In this document: positions 39,801-53,787 of the stretch, one piece after another
Layout: every line of letters begins with the position of its first letter
Position numbering within the stretch: the stretch's first letter is position 1
Made by a program: the position numbers and the translations under genes
Notes under the pieces: model-generated
What the model was told of the DNA's origin: nothing
What the model saw: only the letters and a program-made list of their open reading frames with translations
Database searches by the model: none
Assembly (NCBI RefSeq): GCF_009914755.1
Contig: NC_060931.1
From: the human T2T-CHM13v2.0 reference genome, Homo sapiens
Direction: 5' to 3' (one strand)
DNA length: 64,000 nucleotides

Positions 39801-41084
39801 ATGTTTTAGAGACTGTCAAATTATTTTCAGAGACTCACACTAGACTATTTCTTACTGAAAATATTTAAATACAGCAGAATTTAACTCAAAGTTCTATAAA
39901 AAGTACATTTTATAATATTGGTATTAAAATGTCTTATATCAGTACTATATAAAATTGCTGTTTTTGTTTCAGTCTGAAGACTAGTATAGTTAGTGAGGAT
40001 GTTAAAACTTGACAAGAATTACATAATTCTTACAGATTTAAATTGATTTCTTTCAACTGGACTTATGCACTGGACTTTTCAAAGAGAAAAGTATGAACAA
40101 GGGCAAATTCATATTTAAAGGGAACTTTTCATTAAACACTTTGTAGTCTACTCTGTCATTTTTCCTCCAATGAGGAATTCTATCTTTCGTTCAGTGCACA
40201 CAAAAATTAATTGTAATCAGCATTTTTGTTGCCTAATGTCTCATGTAGTTAAATTTTTTCTTAAATAAAAAATAAATAGTAATTTGAAATTTAAAATAGC
40301 ATTTTATGGAGAACAGAGTATTAATGAGCCAGCGTGTAAAAATATTTTTTCATTTTACAAGAAGCTTATTTAATTTTTAATATTCAATTCCAAAAAATAC
40401 AAAGGGATAAGCAGAAGCAAAGTTTGGCTGTGTGTATTTTATAAGTCACTTACTAAATAAAACATTTATTTCCAGATATTTTCTTTAGCCACATATTAAT
40501 ATTCAACCTAGCCTAGTCCCTTTGAAAATTGTTAACAACTAGATTCCTTATTTCATGTCCTAGTGATATGTAACAGTAAAATGTGATTTTTACTCAATGC
40601 ATAAGTGAGAGATCCTTTGTTTATTTAATATTTTCATCATTTCCTTGAGTAAAAATGATAAATATATTATTTACCAAGAAAAGATAAAAAGTTCTAGCTG
40701 ACTCTTGGCATGACATAGACTGTGTGATACAATCCAGTTGTCTCATGAGGAATCAAAGAAGCCTAGGGATCTGTTACAGTTGTTACTAAATATCCTTTAA
40801 CTGGTTCTGTCCTAATTCAAAGTATTTTCATGTACTGCATGACACAAACAAACAAGGTAGAGAATTTTTCTGAATGTAATACAAAAGTCAGGGTGTCTCA
40901 TTTGAGGAAAGATGCACTGTTAGCATTTATTTTATCTTTAAGCAAGGTAATAATTTATAATTATGACTGATTCACATATAATCTGCAGCAATAACAAATC
41001 ATTAAGCAATGAATTGTGAAAGGTAATGTCCTAGTAATTTGGTTATTTCAGTACGTCAGGTGTTTACTTATTCATTTTAACTAT

Positions 41085-41465
41085 TTCCCAAATTTTGATA
41101 TAGTTGTCAAATAAAACCAAATGATTGTAAGGTATACAAGGTGATGATTTGATATACATATATTTCGTGAATTAATCAAATTAGTTTACATGTTTTGCCT
41201 CACTGTGCTGTATATTAGATCCCCTGAACATATTTATCTTCCAACTGAAAGTTTGTACTCTTTGACCATCTCCCTTTTTTTCCTGCTCACTGCCTCTGAT
41301 AGCCACCATTCTACTGTCTGTTTCAATGAGTATAACGTGTTTAGATTCCACATTTAAGTGAGATCATGCAGTATTTGTCTTTCTCTGTATGACTTATTTC
41401 ACTTAGGACAGTGCCTTCACATTTCACTCATGTTGCAAATGGCAAGATTTCTTTCTTTTTTATGG
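41085..41465 (-). mobile_element. L1MA (about MA8-9) 3'-end fragment
   Basis: aaggtatacaaggtgatgatttgatatac...ttagattccacatttaagtgagatcatgcagtatttgtctttct. Confidence 0.82.
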
Positions 41466-41685
41466 CATCATATATATGACATTTATATATATAGAGAGAT
41501 ATCATATATGATATATATTATATGCCACAATATATATTCATATATAGAATAATATATCTAATATAATATATGTATAGTGATCCAAAAGATAGGTCCAAAT
41601 TTTATATAATCATATAATAAATGTACAATCTATAATTATATATAATGTATAGTATAATATAATATATAATATTATATATATTATT
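41466..41685. repeat. AT-rich low-complexity tract
   Basis: Degenerate (TA)n/(TATAA)n sequence. Confidence 0.85.
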
Positions 41686-41689
41686 CAGG

Positions 41690-42600
41690 GGTGGGGATGG
41701 GGTTGGAATGATGTTGGTCAAAGATACACAATTTCAGATAGCAGGAGTAAGTTTAAGAACTCTATTGTACAACATGGTGACTATATTATATTATACAATA
41801 TATATATTATATTCTAGAAAATGCCAAGAAAGTGGATGTAAAGTGTTCTCACCACAAAAGGAACCATGGGAGATAATGCACATGCTAATTAGCTATATTT
41901 ATTCTTACTGAAAAAATAACTGTGAAGTAACATATATGTTAGTTAGCTATATTTAGTCATTTCACAATGAATATATTCTTTTTTTTCCTTTCCTTTTCTT
42001 TTTTTTTTAAAAGCTAAATGAAAGATTTTATTAGTCTTGGGAAAAAAGACAGAAACACAATAAAAACTTCTCTAGTATGAACATGTGCAAGTTTCACAAT
42101 CATGCTATTACATTTTGCACTGGCAGACAGTTCAAGGCGTAGTTATCTGTCAGCCTGTGTCAGATAGCTTGGTAGCCAGCAGCAGTCTTTTGAAAACACA
42201 ACCAATAAAAATACCAGATCTAAGCCCAAGGCTAAACTGACACAGAGGTCTTCTGAAACCAAATTATGGTAGAAAATATGAAGATGAGGCTTTGATAATT
42301 CAAAGCAAGACTCACCATTATAAAACTGTATGATGATTAGGGCTAAATAGTTACTTTCATTTAAATAAAAATATTCATACACTGTTATGTCAGATAATCT
42401 TATAGTATTGAGAATTGAAATGCCTGTCATGTACATGATGAAGATATATGTAATGGAATAAATTTGTAGGGTTTTTTGGGCATTTTGAAAGTGTATTTTG
42501 TATTATTATTGTCCTTTTCTTATCACAATAAATATATTCTTAAAAGCATCATGTTATACAGAATACATACAATTTTGTCAATTAAAAATTTTTAAATTAA
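41690..42600 (+). mobile_element. L1MA 3'-end fragment interrupted by a retrocopy
   Basis: gatgttggtcaaagatacacaatttcagatag...ctattgtacaacatggtgactat...tttagtcatttcacaatg, resuming after 42541 as aaaagcatcatgttatac. Confidence 0.82.
41981..42522 (-). pseudogene. Orphan processed retrocopy (non-repeat, 3'UTR-like) or orphan 3' transduction
   Basis: Decayed poly(T) at 41981-42008, tttatt (AATAAA on the minus strand) at 42027-42032, and a 19-bp TSD tcacaat(g/a)aatatattctt at 41962-41980 and 42523-42541. The parent is not recognised. Confidence 0.85.
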
Positions 42601-44204
42601 ATTAAATATTTTAAAACATAAAAATCAAATGACCCTTAGATGTTGAAACAATGAATCATAAATGCCCAACTCATTTAATCAAAACCACTTTTTTGTAATG
42701 TATTATATATTTAGATGTATAAAATGTGTGAGTAATATTATAACACATATATTTTTAACATTGAGATCAAAAACTAAAACACTGTTAAACTAATAAAAAG
42801 TACAAATACAGTAATATATTTAAATTTAAAGAACTTTTAAGCAACTATTGGATGAAAGATTTGTGAGTACAATTTATAGATGGGCACTAATGTTTGCATT
42901 TAGTGCTTAATTTAGTTAAGCTAGAAATAAAATGTAGATTTATTGATACTCACATTGAAAAATAGTTAAAAATTTTTGAGAAATTCACATACAAAACCTA
43001 ATCCTTTAAACCTCATATATTTTCCCACAATAACATGCTTGCATTTTTCTTGCTTTTCTTATTATTGAATATTGACTATGTTTAGGTCCTGTTTTAAGCA
43101 GTTTACATGCAGTGTATGTTGTCTCATTTATTTATAACAAGCCAATTAAATAGATAGCAATTTTCATGGAAATACTGTCTAAATGACAAAAGTTATGTTA
43201 TGAAAGGTGGCATTCTTTTTTATAACTACTAGAGAAGGGGGTGGAATGTAGTCATTTTATCTACTATCATGTTATTTACCTCTAATTGACAATTTTCACA
43301 GATTTAAAAGCCCTTATATGGTATTTAAGGACTTAAATCAGCTATAGTCTTCTTATCTCATGTTGAATAGTATCTTCAAGCTGGCTCTATAAATAATAAG
43401 TGAATGGATGAGAAAAAAAGGAAGTGAACCAAATATGTTAATGGAAAAAATGTTAACAAAAAATAGAGGATTAATGAATTCAACAACTCTTAAAAATCAA
43501 CTGTTCAAACTACTTTCTATGTAAGTACAATTTGAGTCTATTGTGATAGAGAAGTAAACTCAATTCTTGAATGTGATTTCAGTATAACTCTGAAGGAGTC
43601 TGCAATGGTGATTAAAGGCAGTTATTGCACAAGGTTACCAATTACATTTGTTTTCACACAGCTATATACTTTTTTTTTTTTCAAAATCCTTACCAATTTT
43701 CAGAGGAAAGGGTTACGGTAAGCTAATGTACCACTAGATCCCTTTCAGTTTCATTTTCAGAGTGATAGTAATTGTTTCATATGTGGGAAGGTTTTCTGAG
43801 ACTATAATAGTACATGCGTGATTTTGTGTGATTTATTCAGAGGCTCATCAGCTTCTTTAGGAGGCAGCAATGTAACAGTTCTCCAGAGGAGACAGTGCCA
43901 TAGTGAAATATGGGACTAAGGCACTGCAGATTTAGCCCAGACCCTTGACTCTGAAAAGTCAGAATAATACATTTAGTTGTTTTGCTGGACATTGTGTAAA
44001 TATTTTGGAAGAGTGTGCTTTATTTTGCTAAGTTCAGAATGCACAGTGGGATAATGTGTGATCTGGAACTTGCCCAATGTATGTAAGAGCTGAGGCACAT
44101 CAACAGAGAGGAGATATTGGCAAACCTTTTACTTGCAGTTCCTAGAAACTGAAGAGCTATGTAACCAGAATATAGAATTACTTTCAATCATAATATTTTA
44201 GTAT

Positions 44205-44376
44205 GAGAATGAGTCATTTAGCATCAACTCTTTCAATTTATTGATGAAGAAACTAAGGCTCAAAGAAATTAAGTGACTTGCTGGAAATTATTACTAAATG
44301 GATGCCAGAATCAGAATGAAATCAAAATGTTCAGATTCAAAGCCAAGTGCTCTTCTGAGTGCCTCGTGCTGCCTCT
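44205..44376 (-). mobile_element. MIR relic
   Basis: gatgaagaaactaaggctcaaagaaattaagtgacttgc...ttcaaagccaagtgctctt...gtgctgcctct. Confidence 0.75.
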
Positions 44377-47300
44377 TATATTAGACTACTTCTGACCCAC
44401 AGATTACATTCAATTTTTCGACTTATAAATAGTGTTCTCTTTTCATAGCCACAACATGAATCATACAGGTGAAAACCCATGCCTTTATGGTACCACTTCC
44501 TTTATTATGTCAATTATGTTTAAAAGTGGTAAAATCTAGCCTGTTTGTGAGTGCCATAGTTTCAGGAAGAGTAGTTTTGTATAGGCATTCTTAAAACAAA
44601 CTTTCATGCATAATTGTTTATTTAAATTAAAAAGTATGTAACAAAAAGAGAGGAGTTTTGCAGTATAATGTGAAAATGTGATCCTGAATGAGCAAAAAAA
44701 AAAAAAAAAAGGGAAATTACAGCAGGTCAGATTTTATTTTTATTGTGGGCAAGGACTGGTGGACTTGGCACTGGTAATATCTGGTTAGAGATTTTAAAAT
44801 GTATTCAAAAAAGCAAATCAATGAAAATTAAACAATCTATAAATAATACTTAGCCATCATAATTAAAACAGCTACCATTATAAGACAGACCTATATAAGA
44901 AAGGGTGATTTTTTTTTTGTTTCCCATCTGACTTTGGCTATATCTTTTCAGAAAATACTTTGTAAACTTTGGAATCTCATGAATAATTTAGTTATTCATA
45001 TAAAGTATGATCATAAAAATTAAGAGGATGCATATAGAACAGTTGAATTACTTACACAGGGAATGTGACTTTATTTTATGAAGCTGTGGGTCTTGTTGAT
45101 TTAAATAGTTTCTGGGGTTTTTTTTGTTCCTGGTTGAAAGATTATGTTGTATTATGTTAGGCTATAATTGTGTTATTCATAGGAATGAATTGTATAATTA
45201 TAGTGTGGTGACGGCATGCAGGTAACCATGACTACTACTGTTCTTCCATCAATTTTTGCTTCTTTATGCAGTGGTGAATATTTTTAGTGGTTCTATTATT
45301 TGCTCTTTTAAAACTTAGAACCAAAATTATAAGTCATCTCTATTAAAAAAAAGTCTTGCATAATTTTACAGGGTCCTCCTTTTAGATACTTAGGTATGGA
45401 ATATCAAAAAGGAAGCTCATGGAAAGAGATTTCTAATTTAAACAAAAATGTGTATCAGTGGGGCCACCATCTTCATTTTTCTGACTGTAATATTTGCATT
45501 TCTGGACATTTTTTTCTAGCCTTCTTCTCTGTGTAATCATTAATTCTTGGCTATATTTTGTGTATCAGATTTCTGAAAACTTCCTCTTCTGTTTCATTCA
45601 CACAAACACTATTATTGTTTAGGCCTTCACCACTCATACTTGGATTATTAAAGTACCATTCTGAGTGGCCTTCATTTTATTCTTAACAGTATCTATCCTG
45701 GGCTTCATCTTTTCTTACTAATCCTTTTGGCTTGACTGCATTCTGAAGTAATATAAAACTCACAAAAACTCATCACAAAACTGTTCCAAAGCTAAACATT
45801 TATTCTTTCAGAGACTGTAGATCTCAAAGTGAATATAAAAATATTTATTCTGTAAGGAGCATTATTTTCTTTACAGACACTCCAACTGATGGGTTACAAG
45901 GTTACAAAGCACTGAGTGTCAGAAGCCTTGGAGGCTTTTTAGGCTACATAGCAGTGTATATCACAGAGAACATCACAGATTTTGTTGTTGTTGTTGTTCC
46001 TTTTATAGTTATGAAGTCTACTGCAAGCAGAATCACAAGGTCAAGGTCAAAGGTTATAGAACATTTTTAATACTACTGTGTATGTAGATGGAAATACAAA
46101 TAAGTTATAGCTGCTAATTTTGATGCACCAATTTTTTATTCTCTGGTAACATAAATTACTTGAGATAATAAAATTATTCATTATTGAAACTTCATATTGA
46201 GGTAAAATTATTCTGTTATTGCAGTTGTAGAATGTTCCCTTCATTACATGAAAACTACTCTTACAAATCCTAGATCCACTTATTGACTCTGATAGCAGAG
46301 TTATGACAAAATCTGATAATCAATAGTTATAGCAAATAGCTCAGTCTTTACTTGCATATCTCAAAAAGCAGAAGTGTTTCCAAACACAACACTAATAAAA
46401 TTCTCTTTCCTTCTCACCTCTGTCATTACATTGCAGACCTTCCACACTCCTTAGAAACTTATTCTTTCACCAGCTCTAAGTGATTTTTCTCCTTTTCTAC
46501 ACCAGATTCTTTATTATGTAAACATAAGTGGCAGTTCTCTACAAGACATAATTAGTCTTTAATTTACAGAAGAAAGGAGAAGATGGGACTAGATACTCTG
46601 GCTGGATGGAAAAGGTGTGGATATCTATGAACAATCTCCAGTTAATTCTTTTCAATCACAAAAATAATGGTTTTTGTAATTAGATTTTTGAAAACAATTT
46701 TTATGGGAATATATATATCATGCAACAGTATAGCTGACTGTGCTGGAATTTGGTAACAAAACCTTTACATTTAAACAGGTCTCAAAGCAAGGGCATTTTT
46801 TTTCTAGGTAAAATAATGGCTTTTATTTTCACTACAAAATCCTTTTTAATCTCTCAGATTATAATCCAGAGACATCTCAATTGTCTTCCTCCATTAAAAA
46901 AATCTTTTAGACCAATATTTTCCCTCTGCTTAATTCCATGTATTTGGAAGGTAATAACAATATCGTGCCTCTTATCATAGATGGGAGAATTTATCAATCC
47001 ATTTTTAAAACACCTCATATTTTATCTGTTCACAATTGTAAAGGCATTCAGAAGAATGTGCAGTGACATTATACAAACCAGTCTTGAAACCTCATTTATA
47101 TCATGCATTGTGAAGAATGATTATGTTTTGTTTGTCTGATTTTCAATCTTGTATGGAGTAAAACTTTGAAAAATATAACAAAAATTAGATAAAATAATAG
47201 TTATTATATTTATCATATTAATAATTTAAAGTATAGCACAATTGATGTGGTTAGATGCCATGGCCATATTAAAGTTTTTAAAGCTACTTTCAATGTCAGT

Positions 47301-48079
47301 ACATATTCACTTAAGAGGTAAGACATAGTTCTAATAAATAGTTCTCTCACCAGCAAACACTGTTAACAGAGACTTCACAAGGAGGCATATTTTCAGGAGA
47401 GGCTTCTCCAGACTATTCAACTCACCTGAGCTCCTCTGCAAATGTAGATTAATTTTTTTTTCTTAACTGATCACATTATTATTTTCTTAGGGTGCTAACA
47501 ATGTCACCACAGGCCATTGAGCACTTCTTTGTGGACTGACAGAAGGTGTTCCTTCTTCATGACAGGGTCAATACTGCACTGGGCAGGTGGCTTGACCAGC
47601 AGATGAAGTGCGTGTTGGCCTCCATCGTCTTCCAACTGTGTGCTTCTGGGCTGGGACACGACCTTCAGCACTATATGCAGCAGCTGTCTTACCTGGTCCC
47701 TCTTTCTGATTTCAATGCCTAAGTTTCCTTTAATTCATTCTCAGCCTCCACTGCAGAGGAAAGCTTGGCAGTCTTTGGGCACAAGAAGTTGCATATAATG
47801 GATGAGGAATGATGTTTTAAAATTAGATTTCATAAAGAATCTAGAGGAGGCATCTCTTACTACCTACGCTAAATGAGATTCCATCTCTTAATTACATTTT
47901 ACAAAACATAAGAGGCATTTTACAAAATGTTTACAAAGTGTATCTTCTCGTTAAGCTAGTTTATGTTTCTATTTAATCCAGCTCACAAGGTTAGGGTGAG
48001 TATAGGATTGGGTTTTCCGGGTTCAGGAAACACTTCAAAGGAAATCATACTTTGAACATGTTATCTAAAGTTATCCATG

Positions 48080-48082
<3 letters not shown>

Positions 48083-48125
<43 letters not shown>

Positions 48126-48240
48126 AACCTAATATAATACATATATTATAATTATATATAATATAATATATCTATTATATATAATATATATTTATATATT
48201 ATAATTATATATGATTATATATATTTATAAATATATATAT
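48083..48240. repeat. (TA)n microsatellite plus AT-rich tract
   Basis: About 19 perfect TA units followed by degenerate AT-only sequence. Confidence 0.95.
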
Positions 48241-50108
48241 TTTTGTAAAAAGCTTTGAAGTATTTATAAAAAGCAGCTGTATAGAAGCAAATAATTATTC
48301 ACTGTCTTATGTTGACAGCATGGAACAAAAGGCAAAATCATGACTCATGAAACTATAAGGTGAATATATGTCAAATCTTTTATTTAACTCATTAATTAAT
48401 AAGAGATTCAGTAAAATCTTAGGACCAGCTCAAAGGAAACATTTAAAGAACATAGGCTTCCATTAAGTGGAAATAAGTTTGTTAATATATGCAAAATTAG
48501 TTAATAACCTATAAAGTAATAAAATGTCAGTTTTCTAGAAAAGGAAAACCAATTATATCTCAATTTATCAGATGTAATTTATTTGCATTTCTATGAACAA
48601 TAATTATTCTCATGACAATCAGTCTTGTGCAAGTTAACTTCTACTTTTACATTAGTCTAGATAATAGAAAATCAGTTAAAGTTATTCATCCCTATTGAAT
48701 TAGATAATCCCCAGATAGTCTATCAGACAGCTTCTACCACTTTGTTGAAATGATGCCCAGTAATTTCATTTGCTGATTTCCAAATCTTAGACATTTTTCT
48801 TGACACACCCAAATATATTGCATCAGACAACCAGTCTCTAAAGTTAAAAAAGAATCACAGTTTCTATGTATTTTTTCATTACACAAAAAACCAAACAGAT
48901 TCTTGAAGTCCTACTCTGAATCATATAAAGTTAATCTGTGAGCACCCAAAAAAAACAGACTATCCTCAGTATGCTCGCCATTTCACTGAGAATTTCATTG
49001 ATGAGCCTTGTTTTCTCCACAGATACTACATCTGCCCATGCTACTAAGTCTCAGATCAATTCTGAGAAAGATAAAGAGCTGTATTGATCTAACAAACACA
49101 TATTATTGCCACACATTTCTTACCAGGTCTTTCCTGATGCTTATAACATTCCCCCAACACTGTCCCTCAATCACTCACTGATTCCAGCACAGTTCATGCA
49201 GCTGGTGGCAGACTTGGTTCTCTCTCATTAGCTTCCAATATCTCCCACTCTCCACATTCTCACCATTATGAGAATACCTTACCCCTACTTAAGAAGAAAT
49301 ATTGAGACCATCTGGCATGATATCCCGCCTTTATTCCCATCTTTCACTCAGAGCACTGCTCATAGAATCCTACCAAAAAGGAAAAGCTTTCCTTTCACTT
49401 TCAAGTAGACCCTTACACTCTATCTGCTCCCATCTCCTTGAATGTAGCCCATGTTTAGCCCCTCTGTCTTAAGTAACTTTCATTTTTCTTTTCCAGTGAT
49501 GTTTTCCTTGTTACCCTTGAACATGTTCAGGTTTCTCTCATGCTCGACATTTTTACCTAGATCAGCTACCCTTCTCACTGTGATACAGGGTCATATACCT
49601 GCCAGACTCCTGGATCATGAGTATCCTAATTTGCTGCTTCCACAAGGTACTTGCCCATTTTATCATTAAATTTCTGGATTTGAGGTCCACATTTGCTTGA
49701 CATGTGACTAAAATTCTGTTTTCAAAGGTTATCCTTTGGTCTCAGAATTCTCCTGCAATTTTTGACATTTTGATTTTCACTTTTCTTCTTTTATCTATAA
49801 CACAGCACTTTCTTGGTTCTCTGACTTCTTTATCACTTTCTTAATCTATTTACTAAAACATTTATCTGTTATCCTTTATTCTTGATTTCTAATCATTCTC
49901 AATATGTGATCCATAGTCATAATTTCATTGTTTCAATTATTGAATCAAATATATGTATCCACTCTCAATCTTCTCAATTTCAATCACATAATTCCATTTG
50001 CTCACAAGATAAATATTTTCTTAGGGAAATTTAATACCTGTCAAATTGAAAACACTATATATCTTGACAATGGAGCTTCTTTCGTGTCAACCTAATTTTA
50101 ATTGATGT

Positions 50109-50492
50109 GCAATGGACTGAATGTTTATGTGTCCCCTCAAGTTCAAATTTGAAATCTTAACCCCCAGAGTGATGGTATTAGGAGAAGGTGGGGCATTTGA
50201 AAAGTGATGAGGGCATGAAGGCAGAGCTTTTATGAGTTAGATCAGTGCCCTTATAAAAGAGGCCTCAAAGAGATCCCTAATCTCTTCCACCATGTGAGGA
50301 CACAGGGAGAAGATGCTGTTTATGAACCAGAAAGTGGGACCTCATCAAACACCAAATCTACTGGCAACTTCCTCTTGGACTTCCCAGCCTCCAGAACTGT
50401 GAACTGTGAGAAATAAATGTCTGTTGCTAATAAGCCACAGTGTTATACTATTCTATGGTGTTTTGTTATAGAAGCTGAAATGAACTAAAGCA
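50109..50492 (+). mobile_element. MLT1A-like MaLR solo LTR
   Basis: tgcaatggactgaatgtttatgtgtcccc...gcccttataaaagagg...ttggacttcccagcctccagaactgtga...gaaataaatg...gaactaaagca. Confidence 0.9.
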
Positions 50493-51573
50493 GTGTTAAC
50501 ACATCTTTCCAAATCCGATGGGAGAGAAGAATGTCTTTTAATTCCCTATACACATTTTTACTAAATCTCATTTTCCATTACTTCCTCAGCTCTAAATCTA
50601 TCACCAAATTCTTTTATTAAGTTTATATTTACTATTTTTTATATCTATTATTGTATATACATATGTTATTTCCCATCTAGATTATAAGCCACCTAAACAA
50701 AAGGACTGTTTCTCTTATCTTTTCTTGGACCTTTGGAACAATTACTGAATAATAAAAGATAATAATACTAATAATACATTGCGAAGCCTTACCTTTTTCA
50801 AGTGACATTAACATTTATTTTTAAATTTAATTTCATAACTGACACTCAGAGAAGTCAAAGAGGCATTGCTATAGGATTCACAGCCTATAAGGGGCAGAAA
50901 CGGAACCAGGAATTGTTTCTAGGATACTTCTTCATTACAGTATTGATTAAGTGGCTGGTCAACAAAATGATATAAAGTGGGGAAAAAAGTAACCCATATT
51001 TACCCGTTAAAGTTGATTGTTACTCATTCTTAGTAGAGAGGTTCTCTCTTTCTCTCTGTCTCTTTTACTTCTGGTATTTAGGTAACATGAAATTTCCTTG
51101 GAGGGTTCCTAAAGCAAGTAAAAATTTAGAAACTTGAGAAGCTTCCATACTAACTGGGTAACAACAATTTGCTCACTGAAAATAGTTTCAATAAAAGCAC
51201 TTAATGGGTTTTTTTGCACTACTCACAAAGGCAAATCTTTCTGTATTATTTACTTTGTTTTCCCACCCAAAACAATAAAAGTAGATATTTTTGATGTAAA
51301 GAGTTACATGTTGTAAAGCTCTCTCTTTTAAGGGCTGCATTTCTTTTCTACCATTATAAAGCAAACATTATTTTGTGTTTCAAACCAGAATCTAAGGCTG
51401 TGGAAAAGTCAGATAAAATTTAGTGTTTCAAATGTTATGTTGGAACATGTTTCTCCTATAAAATCCTAGAGTTTGATTGCTGTGTTCCTACACAGGAAAA
51501 GTCCACAATGTTCTGTTGTAAAGAGTTAATTTATTATTGGGCAAAAGTTTTTGATTGACTCCAAATAAAATTA

Positions 51574-53787
51574 TGTATTAGTCCATTCTCATGCTGCTAT
51601 GAAGAAATACCAGAGACTGGGTAATTTGTAAAGAAAAGAGATTCAATTGACTCAGAGTTCTCCATGGCTGGGGAGGCCTCAGGAAACTTACAATCATGGC
51701 AGAAGGCACCTCTTCACATGGTGGCAGGAGGGAGAATGAGTGCAAGCAGGGGAAATGTCAGACACTTATAGAACTATCAGATCTTGTGAGACTCACCCAT
51801 TATCATGCTAACAGCATGGGGAAAACCCTTCCCATGATCCAATTACCTCCACCTGGTCCTGCCCTTGACACATGGGAATCATTACAATTCAAGATGAGGT
51901 TTGGGTGGGGACACAGAGCCAAACCATATCATTCTGCCCCTGGCACCTTCCATATCTCATGTCCTCACATTTCAAAACACAATGGTGCCCTACAAACAGT
52001 ACCCGAAAGTCTTAACTTATTCCAGCATTAACCCAAAAGTCCAGGTTAAATGTCTCATCTGAGACAAGGAAGTCTTTTCCACCTATGAACCTGTAAAATC
52101 AAAAGCAAGTTAGTTGCTTCCTAGATACAATAGAGATACAGGCATTGGGTAAATACAGCTGTTCCAAATGGGAGCAATTGGCTAAAATAAAGGGCTACAG
52201 ATTCCATGCAACTCCACAACCCAATAGGGCAGTCAGTAAACCTTAAAGTTCCAAAATGATCTCCTTTGACTTCATGTCTCTCATGCAGGTCACACTGATG
52301 AAATAAGTGGGCTCCTATGGCCTTGGGGAGCTCTGCCCCTATGTCTTTGAGAGTACAGCCCCCCTTGCAGCTTTTATGGGCTGGCTTTGAGTGTCTGTAG
52401 CTTTACTAGGTGCACAGTGCAAGCTGTTGGTGGATCTATTGTTTTGGGATCTGGATTATGGTGGGCCTCTTCGCACAGCTCCACTCAGTAGTGCTCCAGT
52501 GGGGACACTGTGGGGGATCAAACCCTACATTTTCCCTCTGCAGTGCCCTAGAAGAGGTTCTCAATGAGGGCTCTACCCCTGCAGCAAACTTCTGACTGAA
52601 TATCCAAGCATTTCCGTACATCCTCTGAAAGCTAGGCAGTGGCTCCCAAACCTCAATTCTTGACTTCTGTGTACTCACACTTTCAATAACATGTTTAAGC
52701 CACCGAAGTTTGGGGCTTGCGCTCTCTGAGGCAATGGCCTGAGCTGTACCTTGACCCTTCTAGCCATGGCTGGGACACAGGACACCAAGTCCTAAGACTG
52801 CATAAAGCTGAAAGGCCCTGGGCCCTGGCCACAAAACCATTTTTTCCTCCTAATCATCAGGGCCTGTGATAGGAGGGGCTGCCGTGAAGACTTCTGCCGT
52901 GCCACAGAGACATTTTCCCCATTGTCTTGGTGATCAACATTTGGCCTCTCATCACTCATGCAAATTTCTGCAGACTGCTTGAATTTCTCCTCAGAAAATG
53001 GATTTTTCTTTTCTATTGCATCATTAGGCTACAAATTTTCCAAAGTTTTATGCTCTGCTTTCCTTTTAAACATTCCAAGCCATCTCACTCAAGTTCAAAA
53101 TTCCATAGATCTCTAGTACAGGGGCAAGAGGCCATCAGTCTTTTTGCTAAAGCATAACAAGGGTGACCTTTGCTCCACTTCCCAAGAAGTTCCTCATTGT
53201 CTTCTTGAGACCACCTCATCCTGAACTTCATTGTCCATATCACTATCAGCGTTTTGGTCAAAGCCATTCAACAAGTCTCTAGGAAGTTCCAAACTTTCCC
53301 ATATTTTCTTGTCTTATTCTGAGCCCTCTAAACTGTTCAAACCTCTGCCTGTTACCCAGTTCTGAAGTCACTTCCACATTTTTGGGTATTTTTACAGCCA
53401 ACGCCCCACTACTCCCAGTACCAATTTTCTGTATTAATCTGTTCTCATGCTGCTATGAATAAATACGCAAGACTGGGTAATTTATAAAGAAAAGAGGTTT
53501 AATTGATTCACAGTTCCTTATGGCTGGGTAGCCCTCAGGAAACTTAACAATCATGGCAGAAGGCACATCTTCCCAGGATGGCAGGAGAGAGAATGAATGC
53601 AAGCAGGGGAAATGCCAGACACTTATAAAACCATCAGATCTCATGAGACTCACTCATCATCATGATGACACCATAGGGGAACCGCCCCCAAGATCCAATT
53701 ACCTCCACCTGGTCCTGCCCTTGACACATGGAAATTATTACAATTCAAGGTGAGATTTGGGTAGGGACACAGAGCCAAACCATATCA
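51574..53787 (-). mobile_element. Complete THE1 (THE1C-like) element: LTR 51574-51931, internal 51932-53429, LTR 53430-53787
   Basis: Two similar 358-bp LTRs (tgtatta...aaaccatatca) flank a THE1-int sequence; 5-bp TSD aatta/agtta. Confidence 0.95.

Noticed and set aside
49070-50050. Probable L2 relics (also about 100-350, 840-1100, 12830-13180, 38400-38530, 45550-45750)
   Set aside because: Too degenerate to give defensible boundaries by eye.
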